From a virus: 64,000 nt of DNA. The first letter of the stretch is position 1, and the number at the start of each line of letters is the position of its first letter. Both the position numbers and the translations under genes were made by a program. The stretch is taken from positions 7,286 to 71,285 of the IMG/VR virus record IMGVR_UViG_3300044761_000059. One strand, written 5' to 3'. Shown piece by piece: positions 28,565 to 37,411 of the stretch. Under the pieces are notes generated by a model. That model searched no databases and was not told where the DNA came from. It saw only the letters and a list, made by a program, of their open reading frames with translations.

Positions 28565-28728
28565 GGCGCGTCCCCGCGCGGGATCACGACGACCACCCAT
28601 AAGGCGGCCGCCAGCGCGAGACCCGCCCAGGCCGACTGTTGCCAAAAGGCGAAGGCGGTCCCGGCCAGGCTGATCATGACCAGGCAAGCCATGGTCCGGC
28701 CCATGGCGGGGATCCAGGGGGGCGGCAT

Positions 28729-28947
28729 CTACGCCGCCGGGGCGCCGGCCTCCTCGGGGGCCGGCCCAGGGGCTGGTGTGGGATCCGCCGGCGTCGGCTC
28801 CTCCTGGCCGGGCTCGGCGGCCGCGGGTTCGGGGGACGTCGGGACCGGCTCGGGCGCGCCGGGATCCGGGGCGCCGACGGCGCCGGGCGCGAGCATGGTG
28901 GCGCGCTCGGAGTCGAAGGGCCTGCCGCAGCAGCGGTACGGGCTCAT
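28729..28947 (-). CDS. Pro/Ala/Glu-rich hypothetical protein
   Basis: ATGA overlap, AGGAGG RBS. Confidence 0.45.
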   Translation of the reverse strand: MSPYRCCGRPFDSERATMLAPGAVGAPDPGAPEPVPTSPEPAAAEPGQEEPTPADPTPAPGPAPEEAGAPAA

Positions 28948-29507
28948 TCGGGGCCTCCTTTCAGTTTCTCCCAAAAGGACAACTGCGCCAGGTACTGGGT
29001 GAGGTCCTCGCTCGAGGCCACGATGATGTCGGGGATCTCCTGGGCCATCAACCGAATGTCGTAAGGCTTGAACCAGCATCCCTTGCCAGGGTCATCGTTG
29101 TTCCGCTTTTTGGGGATCTCCGAGTGGCGCCAATTGTACTCGCACCACTCCGGAACGCGGACAAGGTACCACGGATCGATCTCCCCCTCGCGGGGATCCT
29201 CAGCTGTGGTGTGCCCATAGAACATGACGTCCGCCCAACCCCGGTGGAATTTCGGGAATTCCGTCTCGCCGCCGGTTTCGCGGTCTATTGTCACCGTTAT
29301 GTCCCACCAGAACGGTTCCCGATAATCCGGAGTCCGGACCCGGCAGGCAACACGGCACTCGCGGCCTTCGAAGAGGATCATGTCCGCCCCGTGCTTCCGG
29401 TCCTCCTCGGGGGAGACCTCCATAAACAGGCGGGGCGCGAAGATTTGCACCATGCGTGGGATCCATCGTCGCTGCCAGGCGTAGGACGTCTCGAACATCG
29501 TCCTCAT
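28944..29507 (-). CDS. putative PD-(D/E)xK-like nuclease next to MT-A70
   Basis: EEDRKHGADMI...VACRVR...TEFPK...D.MFYG; coupled to the methyltransferase gene. Confidence 0.5.
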   Translation of the reverse strand: MRTMFETSYAWQRRWIPRMVQIFAPRLFMEVSPEEDRKHGADMILFEGRECRVACRVRTPDYREPFWWDITVTIDRETGGETEFPKFHRGWADVMFYGHTTAEDPREGEIDPWYLVRVPEWCEYNWRHSEIPKKRNNDDPGKGCWFKPYDIRLMAQEIPDIIVASSEDLTQYLAQLSFWEKLKGGPE

Positions 29508-30454
29508 CGATGCGGCACTCCCCACGGCTCGAAGCCCTCGCGGGCCTCGTCGAACATCGTAAGACGAAGGCGTCCCTCCGGGCCCTCCGGGCTCACCCGT
29601 CGGACGAGGTCGAAGAATTCATCGGGCTTATGGGAATGCCGCTGTTGCGGTGCGCGAAAACTCGTCGGGGTCCCCTTGACCACAGGGGCCAGCGATTTCA
29701 CTTTCCCGAAGAGGATGTGCTCGGTCGTATGGGCCCACCAAAGCGGCTGCGCGGTGGGCTTGATCCATGTCAGCACACATTCGTATCGCACTCCCCAGGC
29801 CCTGAAGAGGCGCAACCCGTAAGGCAGGAAACGGTGTGTGACCCACAGGTAGATGTGGGCTCCGTGGGTGTCCGCCAGCTTGCGGATCGGGAGTTCGCGG
29901 ATCTGCTTGAGGGTCCAGACTGAGTAATCCATCGTGCGCCGCTCGACGGGCCTGCGCTCGTCGAAACCGATCTTGGTCATGGGCCAGGGAGGGTCAATGA
30001 CGATTGTCCGAAAGGGGCCCTTGGGGAATTCGGGAATTCCTTCCACGGCAACCGGCGGGCGAGCCAGTGCATAGAGGTAGCCCAAGGTTATCGACTGGCC
30101 GACGTCGGTCCGCATGGCCACCGCCTCCCGGATCTTCGCTTCGCCGAGGCGGGTGAGGGATTGCCACCGCTGGGCGACGGAGTGGGCGACCTCACTTCGG
30201 CCCAGCGTGGGCCGAAGTCCTAACCCCTCTTTTCCTTGGGCTTTCGGGATCCCGTCCACCAGCTCCCCGCCGCGGACGAGGACGAGGGCGCGGGTGAGGA
30301 CGATGCGATTACGGGTGGGGAGATCGAAGTTGTGAGCCCGGGCCCAGCGCTCGAGTGTGCCCAGCTCCCCATCGGTTGTTTTCACCTCGGGAATCGTCTG
30401 AATCGTGGCGATGCGGCGCTCGGCCCGGCTCAGTACGGCGAGTTTGTTTTTCAC
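29504..30454 (-). CDS. MT-A70 family adenine methyltransferase
   Basis: FRTIVIDPPW, YLWVT, LTWIK, TEHILFG, HSHKPDEF. Confidence 0.9.
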   Translation of the reverse strand: MKNKLAVLSRAERRIATIQTIPEVKTTDGELGTLERWARAHNFDLPTRNRIVLTRALVLVRGGELVDGIPKAQGKEGLGLRPTLGRSEVAHSVAQRWQSLTRLGEAKIREAVAMRTDVGQSITLGYLYALARPPVAVEGIPEFPKGPFRTIVIDPPWPMTKIGFDERRPVERRTMDYSVWTLKQIRELPIRKLADTHGAHIYLWVTHRFLPYGLRLFRAWGVRYECVLTWIKPTAQPLWWAHTTEHILFGKVKSLAPVVKGTPTSFRAPQQRHSHKPDEFFDLVRRVSPEGPEGRLRLTMFDEAREGFEPWGVPHR

Positions 30455-31026
30455 GCGAACGCCTCCCCCGCCGCCCGGGCCGCCTCCGCCGGCCGCCCGA
30501 TCCTTCGCGCGTGCTCCGCGAGGAGCAGCGCCTCCGCCGCCCCGTCGTGGTCTTTCCGCGCTCTCGGCGTCAGCCGCAGGTTCACGCCCGGGAAGAGCCG
30601 CTGCGCCACCAGGACCGCCGCCCCCTTCGCGCTCCCCACGTCCCGGAGCATCGCCTTCTTCCACGTCGCCGGGTGGACGCACGCATAGGGGATCCCGAGG
30701 CCCGTGAGGGCCATCTGCCAGGCCCCGTACCCGAGGCCGTAGTTGAACATGCCGACGGCGCCGCTGGCGCGGGGCTCCCCCCCCGCCTTCGGCCGGGGCG
30801 GGATCGCGCGGGCCAGCTCGAGGGCGCAGAACGCCTCGACCCCGGTCGCCGCCACGGTCGTCGCCTCCTGGAGGAGGTCCCACATGGCGCGGAGGTCCGG
30901 GACCCGGACGGTCCGCTTGCCCCGCCGGATCAGGGTCACCGGCGCCGGCCAGACGCGCGGCGGCTCCCCGGGCGCGAGCCGGGCGACGGCCCCGTGGACG
31001 CCGGGGTCGATCCCGAGGTAGATCAT
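30451..31026 (-). CDS. RuvC-like Holliday junction resolvase
   Basis: YLGIDPG, MFNYG..YG, PATWKK, DHDGAAEALLLA. Confidence 0.85.
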   Translation of the reverse strand: MIYLGIDPGVHGAVARLAPGEPPRVWPAPVTLIRRGKRTVRVPDLRAMWDLLQEATTVAATGVEAFCALELARAIPPRPKAGGEPRASGAVGMFNYGLGYGAWQMALTGLGIPYACVHPATWKKAMLRDVGSAKGAAVLVAQRLFPGVNLRLTPRARKDHDGAAEALLLAEHARRIGRPAEAARAAGEAFA

Positions 31027-31367
31027 GGGCTGACTTTCTCGCCTTCCCCCGGGGCGGTCAGGACGTGGCGCTCGATCCGGTCGAAGCGAACCAGCCAGCC
31101 GCCCTCGAACACTGCGGCGATTGGCCCGTAGCCGTGCGCCGGCCCGGGGTCGTCGATCGTACCGCACCAGCCGTTCAGGATCCCGAGGATCCCGACCCGC
31201 GGTTTGCCGGGGACTTCCTCCGTGTGGCCCACCTGGACTGTCGGGTGCTTGGCGAGGTCCTCATTGCAGGTCACGCGTGCCCGCAAAAGAGCGTCCATAG
31301 CGTTCGGATCAATCGCTACCAGCGAGTTCAGGAAAGCGATCAGGTCGTCCGTCTCGGGGCGGATCAT
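31023..31367 (-). CDS. hypothetical phage protein
   Basis: CNE.LA.HPTVQV...VGILGILNG; coupled ORF. Confidence 0.6.
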   Translation of the reverse strand: MIRPETDDLIAFLNSLVAIDPNAMDALLRARVTCNEDLAKHPTVQVGHTEEVPGKPRVGILGILNGWCGTIDDPGPAHGYGPIAAVFEGGWLVRFDRIERHVLTAPGEGEKVSP

Positions 31368-31804
31368 TGCTTCCCGCCGAGCGGCAGGACCTCCTGGATC
31401 GCCCGGCCGAACGAGACGACGTCGAGGTGCCAGAGCCCGTGGCGTTCCACCACCCCCCGGAATTCCTCCAGATCGTGTCCCTGGATGAACCACCGCGCCT
31501 CCCCGGCCTTGGTGTGCTTCACCGCGCAGTGGCAGAGCTCATGGTCGACCAGCGCGGTCCGCTGCTCGGGGGTCAGCTGGTCCCAGGTCTCCTTCTCGAA
31601 GACCAGGAGGAAGTCCGCCTTGCCGAAGTGTTTCAGGAGCCCGCTGGCCTTCAGGGCCTTGCCGGCCAGCGGCCGTGCGTGCCGGCGCATCGGCCGATCC
31701 GTGAGGAGGTACCGGATCTTCGCCTTCTCCAGGTGCTCGTGGTGCTTCGGAATCAGCGTGCTTGCGATCTCCGCCGCCTCGGGGTGCTCCTTGTAGCCGG
31801 TCAT
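31364..31804 (-). CDS. putative phage metallopeptidase
   Basis: ALVDHELCHC...HDLEEF..VV.RHG. Confidence 0.8.
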   Translation of the reverse strand: MTGYKEHPEAAEIASTLIPKHHEHLEKAKIRYLLTDRPMRRHARPLAGKALKASGLLKHFGKADFLLVFEKETWDQLTPEQRTALVDHELCHCAVKHTKAGEARWFIQGHDLEEFRGVVERHGLWHLDVVSFGRAIQEVLPLGGKQ

Positions 31805-32211
31805 GGGGCCTCCCTTCCGCGCTGCGCCTCGGTGTGCGTCCTGAGCCGATCCGCCAGCCCGGCGTGGGCCGTGATGTCTACGAGGATCCGTATCGCCTGG
31901 ACCAGGCCCCCCACCGGGAACCCGTCCTCGAGCCCGTCCCAGAACTCGACCAGGCGATCGCACGCGACGCCGAGCGGAGTGAGCACCGCCCCCTCCTCCT
32001 GGACCCTCGCCCACCGCTTCGAGGGGCCCCGCAAGAACCGCCACCAGGGCGGCCGGTCCGTGACGCGCTTGAAGCCGCGCCGCGCCAGCTCCCGCTCGAT
32101 CGCGTGCAGATCCATGCCCACCGTGAGGAGGGGGAAGAACTCGAAGTCCGACTCCAGGCTCGCATGGTGGACCAGCAGCTGCTGATCGCTGGCCTCTCGG
32201 ACGGTACTCAT
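31801..32211 (-). CDS. hypothetical protein
   Basis: ATGA-coupled ORF. Confidence 0.5.
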   Translation of the reverse strand: MSTVREASDQQLLVHHASLESDFEFFPLLTVGMDLHAIERELARRGFKRVTDRPPWWRFLRGPSKRWARVQEEGAVLTPLGVACDRLVEFWDGLEDGFPVGGLVQAIRILVDITAHAGLADRLRTHTEAQRGREAP

Positions 32212-32408
32212 CGCCCGCCCTCTCCTTTCGCCGGCATGAACTGGCTGCACGTCGCGCCGTCGTCGGCCTGTTCGAATCGCAGGTACATCCCCAGCGCGCC
32301 GGCGACGCGGACTATCGCGGCCTGGTGATCCGGACAGACGGGCAACGGATCGTGCCCCGGCCAGTAGGCCTTCGCCAGCGCGGGCTTGCCGCAGCGGCCT
32401 TCGCTCAT
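32208..32408 (-). CDS. small Cys-rich hypothetical protein
   Basis: C...WPG...CPDH...C. Confidence 0.5.
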   Translation of the reverse strand: MSEGRCGKPALAKAYWPGHDPLPVCPDHQAAIVRVAGALGMYLRFEQADDGATCSQFMPAKGEGGR

Positions 32409-32626
32409 CGCTTGTCCCTGGCGTCCCGCTCCCGCCACTACGCTCCCGCCGGCGGCGGCGCCGGTTGCGTGGTCGGTTTCACCCCGTGGTCCTTCCGCTT
32501 GGCCTTCTTCTTCGGCTTGGCCATGCTGATCACCCCCCCTCGCGTCATCCCCCGCCCTCGAGCAAGTCCGGCCAGGCGCGATCGCCTTCGAGGTTCAGGT
32601 CCAGCGCCAGCACGGATCACCCCCCC

Positions 32627-33676
32627 TCAGAGAAGTACCCCTTGCCGCGTCCGCTTTCTCGCCATCGCCAGGTACTCCATCTTCAAGTCGAGTCCGATCC
32701 CCGTGCGCCCCAGCTCCTGCGCGACGAGGACGGCGGTGCCGGAGCCGCAGAACGGGTCGAGCACAATGTCGCCCTCTCGGCTCCCGGCCTTCACGCACGG
32801 TTCCACCAGCGCCCTCGGAAACGTGGCGAAGTGAGCCTCGGGGAAGGGCTCCGTGGCGATCTCCCAAACCGTGCGGCGGTTGCGCGTTCCCAGCAGCGCG
32901 AGGGCGTGCCGCGCGGCTACGCTCCGCGCGACACCGTCCTTGCCGTGCGGAGCCTGGCCGACGTGATGCTCGTCCCGGGCGATGGTGTAGCGAGTGTCGA
33001 GGCCCTGTGCCTGCTCCCGGATCCGGCGCGTCCGTTCCTGTTCTTCCTGCGGCTCCTTGATCGCCTCCTGGTCGTAGTAGTAGCGGGCCGCCTTGCTCAA
33101 TAGGAAGAGGTACTCGTGGCTTTTGGTGGGCCGATCCTCCACGCTCTCCGGCATCGGGTTCGGCTTGGACCAGATAATGTCGCTCCGCACCCACCAGCCG
33201 TCGGCCTGGAGGGCGAAGGCGACGCGCCAGGGCATACCCACGAGGTCTTTGGGCTTGAGGCCGATATCGCGCTCGTGCTCGCCTTGGCGTCCAGGGTTGC
33301 CAGAGCCGGGACGGTTGCCGCCGCCGCCTGTAAAGTTTCGGCCCGCGTCATTGCGGCCGAGGGTCGTGCTGCCACCGTACGTGTCCCCCATGTTCAGCCA
33401 AAGCGTCCCGTCCTTCCGTAGTACCCTTCGCACCTCACGGAAAATTTCCACGAGGTGCTGAACGTAGAGCTCGGGCGTGGGCTCGAGGCCGAGGGAGCCG
33501 CGCCAGGCGGGGCAGCGGAGGCAAAGGGCACTCGTCCATCGAGGCCGGCGTTCCTGCCCAGGCGGAGCACCATCGAGCGTAGAGCCCAGAAGGGCCACCT
33601 CCGCGTCGAGAAGCCGCAGCTTCCCAAGTAATCCTCGCAGTTCTGCCACGCCGTCCCTGCTTGGCAGCCGGCTCAT
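32627..33676 (-). CDS. N4/N6 DNA methyltransferase lacking the N-terminal catalytic SPPY motif
   Basis: LGLEPTP...RVLRKDGTLWLNMGD, WSKPNPMPES, HFATFP, VLDPFCGSGT present; no (S/D)PPY upstream. Confidence 0.75.
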   Translation of the reverse strand: MSRLPSRDGVAELRGLLGKLRLLDAEVALLGSTLDGAPPGQERRPRWTSALCLRCPAWRGSLGLEPTPELYVQHLVEIFREVRRVLRKDGTLWLNMGDTYGGSTTLGRNDAGRNFTGGGGNRPGSGNPGRQGEHERDIGLKPKDLVGMPWRVAFALQADGWWVRSDIIWSKPNPMPESVEDRPTKSHEYLFLLSKAARYYYDQEAIKEPQEEQERTRRIREQAQGLDTRYTIARDEHHVGQAPHGKDGVARSVAARHALALLGTRNRRTVWEIATEPFPEAHFATFPRALVEPCVKAGSREGDIVLDPFCGSGTAVLVAQELGRTGIGLDLKMEYLAMARKRTRQGVLL

Positions 33677-33960
33677 GGTTGTCTCCCTCGGAACATCTCC
33701 CGGTCGGGGCAGGTCGTGAAGTGGCTCTCGTAGATTTCGACCGTCCGCTGGGAATGGTGCGGCTCGGTTTTGCCCGGCCGGCGGCCCCGCGCGTGGAGGG
33801 CGACGCCGTCGCGGATCTCGAACCCGCGCACCGACCCGACGCGGTCCTCGACGCAGAGGACCGGGTCGGGGTTCACGGGCGCGCGGCCCCCGTGCTCAGT
33901 CTCCATCCACAAGATCTGCGCCCCGCAGGTGGGGCCGTTGCAGGGGACCGTGGTCCGCAC
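33673..33960 (-). CDS. small Zn-binding phage protein
   Basis: C...CGAQILW..T..G..AP...SHFTTCP. Confidence 0.6.
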   Translation of the reverse strand: MRTTVPCNGPTCGAQILWMETEHGGRAPVNPDPVLCVEDRVGSVRGFEIRDGVALHARGRRPGKTEPHHSQRTVEIYESHFTTCPDREMFRGRQP

Positions 33961-34097
33961 GCCCTACCTCCAGAAGAGCCAGGCGTTGAGCCCGGCCAGG
34001 CCGGCCATGGTCATCGCCCACCAGAATCGCCGTCGGTAGCACATCAGCGCGGCCGTTCCCGCGGCGATGACTCCGGCGGCCAGGTTGAAGGCGGCCA

Positions 34098-34511
34098 TCA
34101 GAACGGCACCCCGACCTGGTGTTCGCGCCGGCAGTCGGGACGGGCGCACGGGCGCCGCGGCCCCAGCTCGCGGAGGCCCTGGACCGCGGCCCAGAGGTCG
34201 TCGGCATCGTGATGCGTCCACACACAGCAATACGGGTACGGGCGGTAGCGGGTGGTGACCCAGCGGTCGAACTCGGCCCGCTCGGGCATCAGCGCGTAGT
34301 CGCGGCCGATGATCACGAACTGCGCGTGCCACCCGCAGTAGGCGGCGTCGCCCTCGTGGCGGCCGCGGCTGATCGCCCCGGGCAGCAGGCACGGCCCGTC
34401 CACGCCCCGCCACGCGCAGGCGATGACGTAGAGGTTCACGGAGCCCGCGGGGGTCGGGGGGAGCGGGACGGCCTTCGCGGCGCCGGGTTCACCGGCCTTT
34501 TTCCTAACCAC
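34098..34511 (-). CDS. hypothetical Cys-rich protein
   Basis: ORF following the replication gene. Confidence 0.45.
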   Translation of the reverse strand: MVRKKAGEPGAAKAVPLPPTPAGSVNLYVIACAWRGVDGPCLLPGAISRGRHEGDAAYCGWHAQFVIIGRDYALMPERAEFDRWVTTRYRPYPYCCVWTHHDADDLWAAVQGLRELGPRRPCARPDCRREHQVGVPF

Positions 34512-35304
34512 GCTGCCTCCGCCCGATCTCGACAGCCTTGTCCAGCCAGTAGCGGATGAACGCCGGCAACCCGCGCGGGGTCGGCCGCTTCGCCGGGTGC
34601 GAGACGATCCAGGCGTCGGCCTTGGCGATCTCCGTCTCGAAGAACAGCCACTCGTACTGGTCGTAGGCCTTCTCGAGCGTGGCCCACAGGTCGGCGTGCC
34701 GGTCCTCCGCGAGGGTCCCCAGGTGCTTCGTCGCCAGGAGCCAGGTCCGGATGTCGGGGTCCACCCCGTTGCCCTTGCCTTTGCCGGCGGCGGCGCCGGC
34801 GCGCGGCTCGCGCGCGTCGGACCCGGCCCCGGCTACGGCCCCGATTACGGCTCCGCTTACGGACCCGGAAGAAGCCGCAGTTTGCGGCAAGTCGCCGCCT
34901 ATCTGCAGCGAGTCGCGGCACTTCGCCGAGGTCTCCGGCTTCCCGCCGCACGGGGGGTCCGGGTATTTGGGTTTGGAGTCGCGCTCGCGCTGGTGGTCGA
35001 CGAAGCTGACCACGTGCCCGTAGAGCCCGTCGTCCCCGGGCACCCGGTAGAGGTGGATCAGCGGCTGCGAGGCGTCGGCGAAGGATTGGGTCCACTCCTC
35101 GATCGTCTTGGCCATCTTCTCGGTGGTCCACCCGCGGGGCCGGCGCTCAAAGAGTTGGGAGAGCAGGACGTCCGGCTCGGCGTCGAACCTGCCGTGGTCG
35201 TCGCAGGTGACGGTCAGGCGCCACCAGGCACGCTCGGCGGCGTCGGAGAGGTTCTTCAGGCTGCGGGAGCGGCGGGCTTTTTCGCGGATCATGCGGTCGG
35301 GCAC
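34504..35304 (-). CDS. phage replication initiator / replisome organiser
   Basis: PDRMIR...SRSL..LS...WRL...DDHGRF N-terminus, FVDHQ, C-terminal FIRYWL; internal 12-bp repeats. Confidence 0.75.
   Translation of the reverse strand: MPDRMIREKARRSRSLKNLSDAAERAWWRLTVTCDDHGRFDAEPDVLLSQLFERRPRGWTTEKMAKTIEEWTQSFADASQPLIHLYRVPGDDGLYGHVVSFVDHQRERDSKPKYPDPPCGGKPETSAKCRDSLQIGGDLPQTAASSGSVSGAVIGAVAGAGSDAREPRAGAAAGKGKGNGVDPDIRTWLLATKHLGTLAEDRHADLWATLEKAYDQYEWLFFETEIAKADAWIVSHPAKRPTPRGLPAFIRYWLDKAVEIGRRQRG
34819..34866. repeat. four 12-bp imperfect tandem repeats, possible replication iterons
   Basis: GGACCCGGCCCC GGCTACGGCCCC GATTACGGCTCC GCTTACGGACCC inside the initiator gene. Confidence 0.5.
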
Positions 35305-35345
35305 GGCGAGAGATCTCCATGCGTGGGAGGGGGGGGTGAAGGATC

Positions 35346-35481
35346 CTCGCGGGGCGGGGGGCGAGCTCGGCATGCGACGGCTCGGCGCGGCACGGCTTGT
35401 CGCAGCGGGAAGGCCAGGGTGGGGAAGGCAGGGCATGTCGCAGCGGGGGGGCTCGGGGCTGGTAGGGGCCGGCCGGTTTGC
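35346..35481. repeat. orphan mini-array of GTCGCA-NN + GGN-NN pentamers
   Basis: GTCGCA at 35399 and 35437 (spacing 38 = 8+5x6); preceded by GGCTC GGCGC GGCAC GGCTT. Confidence 0.8.
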
Positions 35482-35631
35482 ACGGTCAATGTCCTGACGT
35501 GGGCGATAAGAGCGTTCGGGCCAGCGGGGCGCGTCCCAGTCAAGGATTCCCCCGCCGTAAGCCCGGCTGGGAAGCCGGGGGTTAGGCCCGAAGCCGAAGA
35601 GGGCGCTATAAGTGACTGGGCGCGGTCCCCC

Positions 35632-35661
35632 CTTCTACCGTGGCCGGCGGCGCCGAGTCAA
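35632..35661 (-). promoter_or_regulatory. putative sigma70-type promoter
   Basis: TTGACT-N18-TAGAAG directly after a terminator-like structure. Confidence 0.45.
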
Positions 35662-35664
35662 GCG

Positions 35665-35750
35665 GAAAAAAGGGCGGCGCCCCCGGGGAGCCGGTGGCAT
35701 GCCCGAGGCGGCGAACCACGGGGTGCCCCGCGCTGGCCCGGGGGGCCGCC
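35665..35750 (-). terminator. branched GC-rich stem followed by a U-tract
   Basis: GGCGGCCCCCCGGG...CCCGGGGGCGCCGCCC-TTTTTT. Confidence 0.5.
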
Positions 35751-35752
35751 GA

Positions 35753-35983
35753 TCATCGCCATCGCCTCGGTCCCTGTCCCCCTTCCACGCACGCCGGGCA
35801 GGCCCGCATGTTCCGGGTGACGCCGTTGCCATCTCGCAGCGGGGAGTACGCCCGGTCCCCCGACTTCAGCTCCCGGTGGCACCGCGCGGCACAGGGCGCC
35901 GGCTTCCGCAGCGTGCAAGCGGCCCACACCGTCCAGCTCGCGGTTTCCCGGAAGAGTCCCCCGGGCCCGGGCTCGAACCTCAT
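35753..35983 (-). CDS. small Zn-finger protein
   Basis: CARC...CPAC. Confidence 0.5.
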   Translation of the reverse strand: MRFEPGPGGLFRETASWTVWAACTLRKPAPCAARCHRELKSGDRAYSPLRDGNGVTRNMRACPACVEGGQGPRRWR

Positions 35984-36390
35984 TCTTCCAGCCGTCCGCC
36001 CTCTCCGCGCGGATTGATCCAGACGGGCGCGCGGTAGAACGGCTCGCTCAGCCGGCGGGCCTCGGGGCCGCAGTCCTCGCAGACGCCCCGGCCGCTCCCT
36101 GGCGCCGTCATCAGGACGTCCCCGTCCGCCCACTCGTGGCCGCCGCGCTTGCGCCCACAGAGCGCACACGGCAGCCAGAAGTACCCGTGCAGGTGGGCGT
36201 AGGCGGCGTTGAGCCAGCGCGGCCGCCGCGGCAGCCAGGGCGGCGCGCGCCTCCCGTCGGGGTGGCGGTACTGCCGGACCCACGCGCGCCCGTTCCAGTT
36301 GGTCTGCCCGTACAACCGCCACCGCCCGGGCCAGAGCCAGGCGTAGAGCAGGTCGCGCCGGCGGGTGATCGTGGGGCCCTCGGGGCTCAT
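35980..36390 (-). CDS. hypothetical protein with Zn ribbon
   Basis: GYFWLPCALCG...GHEW...CEDC. Confidence 0.5.
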   Translation of the reverse strand: MSPEGPTITRRRDLLYAWLWPGRWRLYGQTNWNGRAWVRQYRHPDGRRAPPWLPRRPRWLNAAYAHLHGYFWLPCALCGRKRGGHEWADGDVLMTAPGSGRGVCEDCGPEARRLSEPFYRAPVWINPRGEGGRLEE

Positions 36391-36406
36391 CACGCTTCCC
36401 TCCTCC

Positions 36407-36694
36407 TCAGTCCCGGTACGCCACACCCGACGGGAGCCCCGGGAAGTGGATCCGCGCCTCCTGCTCCCTGAGCTTGTCGCCGTGCGCGGCCACCCATTCG
36501 GGGTCACTCCCGAGCCCGATGTAGGCGGCGAAGTCGTTCACCTCCCCGACGGTGAGGACCGCCATCAGGTCGCAGCGCATCAGTAGGGGCGGGAGGGTGT
36601 GGTGGCCGAACGCGAACGTCGCCTCGTCCATGGTCTCGAGTGTATGCCCGGGCTGTGCCGGGTAGGACCGCTTGTTGACGCCGACGATCCTCAT
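36407..36694 (-). CDS. hypothetical phage protein
   Basis: DFAAYIG...EWVAAHGDKL.E.EA...FP. Confidence 0.55.
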   Translation of the reverse strand: MRIVGVNKRSYPAQPGHTLETMDEATFAFGHHTLPPLLMRCDLMAVLTVGEVNDFAAYIGLGSDPEWVAAHGDKLREQEARIHFPGLPSGVAYRD

Positions 36695-36833
36695 GGCTTT
36701 CTCTCGGCCAGCACGACAGCGACCGCGTAAGCGAGCGACTCGATGATCTGCCGGTATGCGCCCCCGGTCTGCGTGCCCCAATGCTCGTGCGCGAGGGTGA
36801 CGATACGCTTCTGCAGCTCGTCCACGCGGGGGC

Positions 36834-37151
36834 TCACGATGGCACCCCTGGCGCCTCGTTCGGCGCGACGATGGCCAGCCCCTCGGGCGTGTTGTCCACG
36901 TCGGGGACCTTCAGCTCCTCCGGATGCTCGGCCTGCCAGCGCTCCACGCGCGCGATCAGCAGCCGGATCCCCTCGACCTGCCGCGGGTCGGCCCCGAGCT
37001 GCTGGCAGCGGGTCTGGTAGAAGTGCAGCGTCGGCACGAGGGCCCGGTCGCGTGCCAGGAACACGACGGCATCCATGTGGCTCACCGCGTGCGCGGCCCG
37101 GTGCTCCGTGCAGATGCCCGAGAAGGTGAACTTCCGGTCGATGCGCTCCAT
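36834..37151 (-). CDS. hypothetical phage protein
   Basis: MERIDRKF...VFLARDRAL..TL.FY...KVPD; AAGGAG RBS. Confidence 0.6.
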   Translation of the reverse strand: MERIDRKFTFSGICTEHRAAHAVSHMDAVVFLARDRALVPTLHFYQTRCQQLGADPRQVEGIRLLIARVERWQAEHPEELKVPDVDNTPEGLAIVAPNEAPGVPS

Positions 37152-37162
37152 AGGGGTCTCCT

Positions 37163-37411
37163 TCAGGTCCCGTCCGTTCGGAGGGACTTCGCCAGCTCGT
37201 CCAGCAGGGCCCTGGCGAACGCCCCAAGGGCATCCGCCGGCGGCGTCACGACCAGGCCGTAGAGCGGGTGGGCTTTCGGGAGCCACTTCTCGATCTCCTG
37301 GAGGACCTGCCGGGGGCCGGCGTCTGGCTTCAGCAGCTTCAGCGCGAACCGCCAGTTGTCGATCCGGTGGAGCGCCTCGGGCGCCCCCGCCGGCGGCCAG
37401 CCCGGGATCAT
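37163..37411 (-). CDS. hypothetical protein
   Basis: GAGGAGG RBS, ATGA overlap. Confidence 0.45.
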   Translation of the reverse strand: MIPGWPPAGAPEALHRIDNWRFALKLLKPDAGPRQVLQEIEKWLPKAHPLYGLVVTPPADALGAFARALLDELAKSLRTDGT

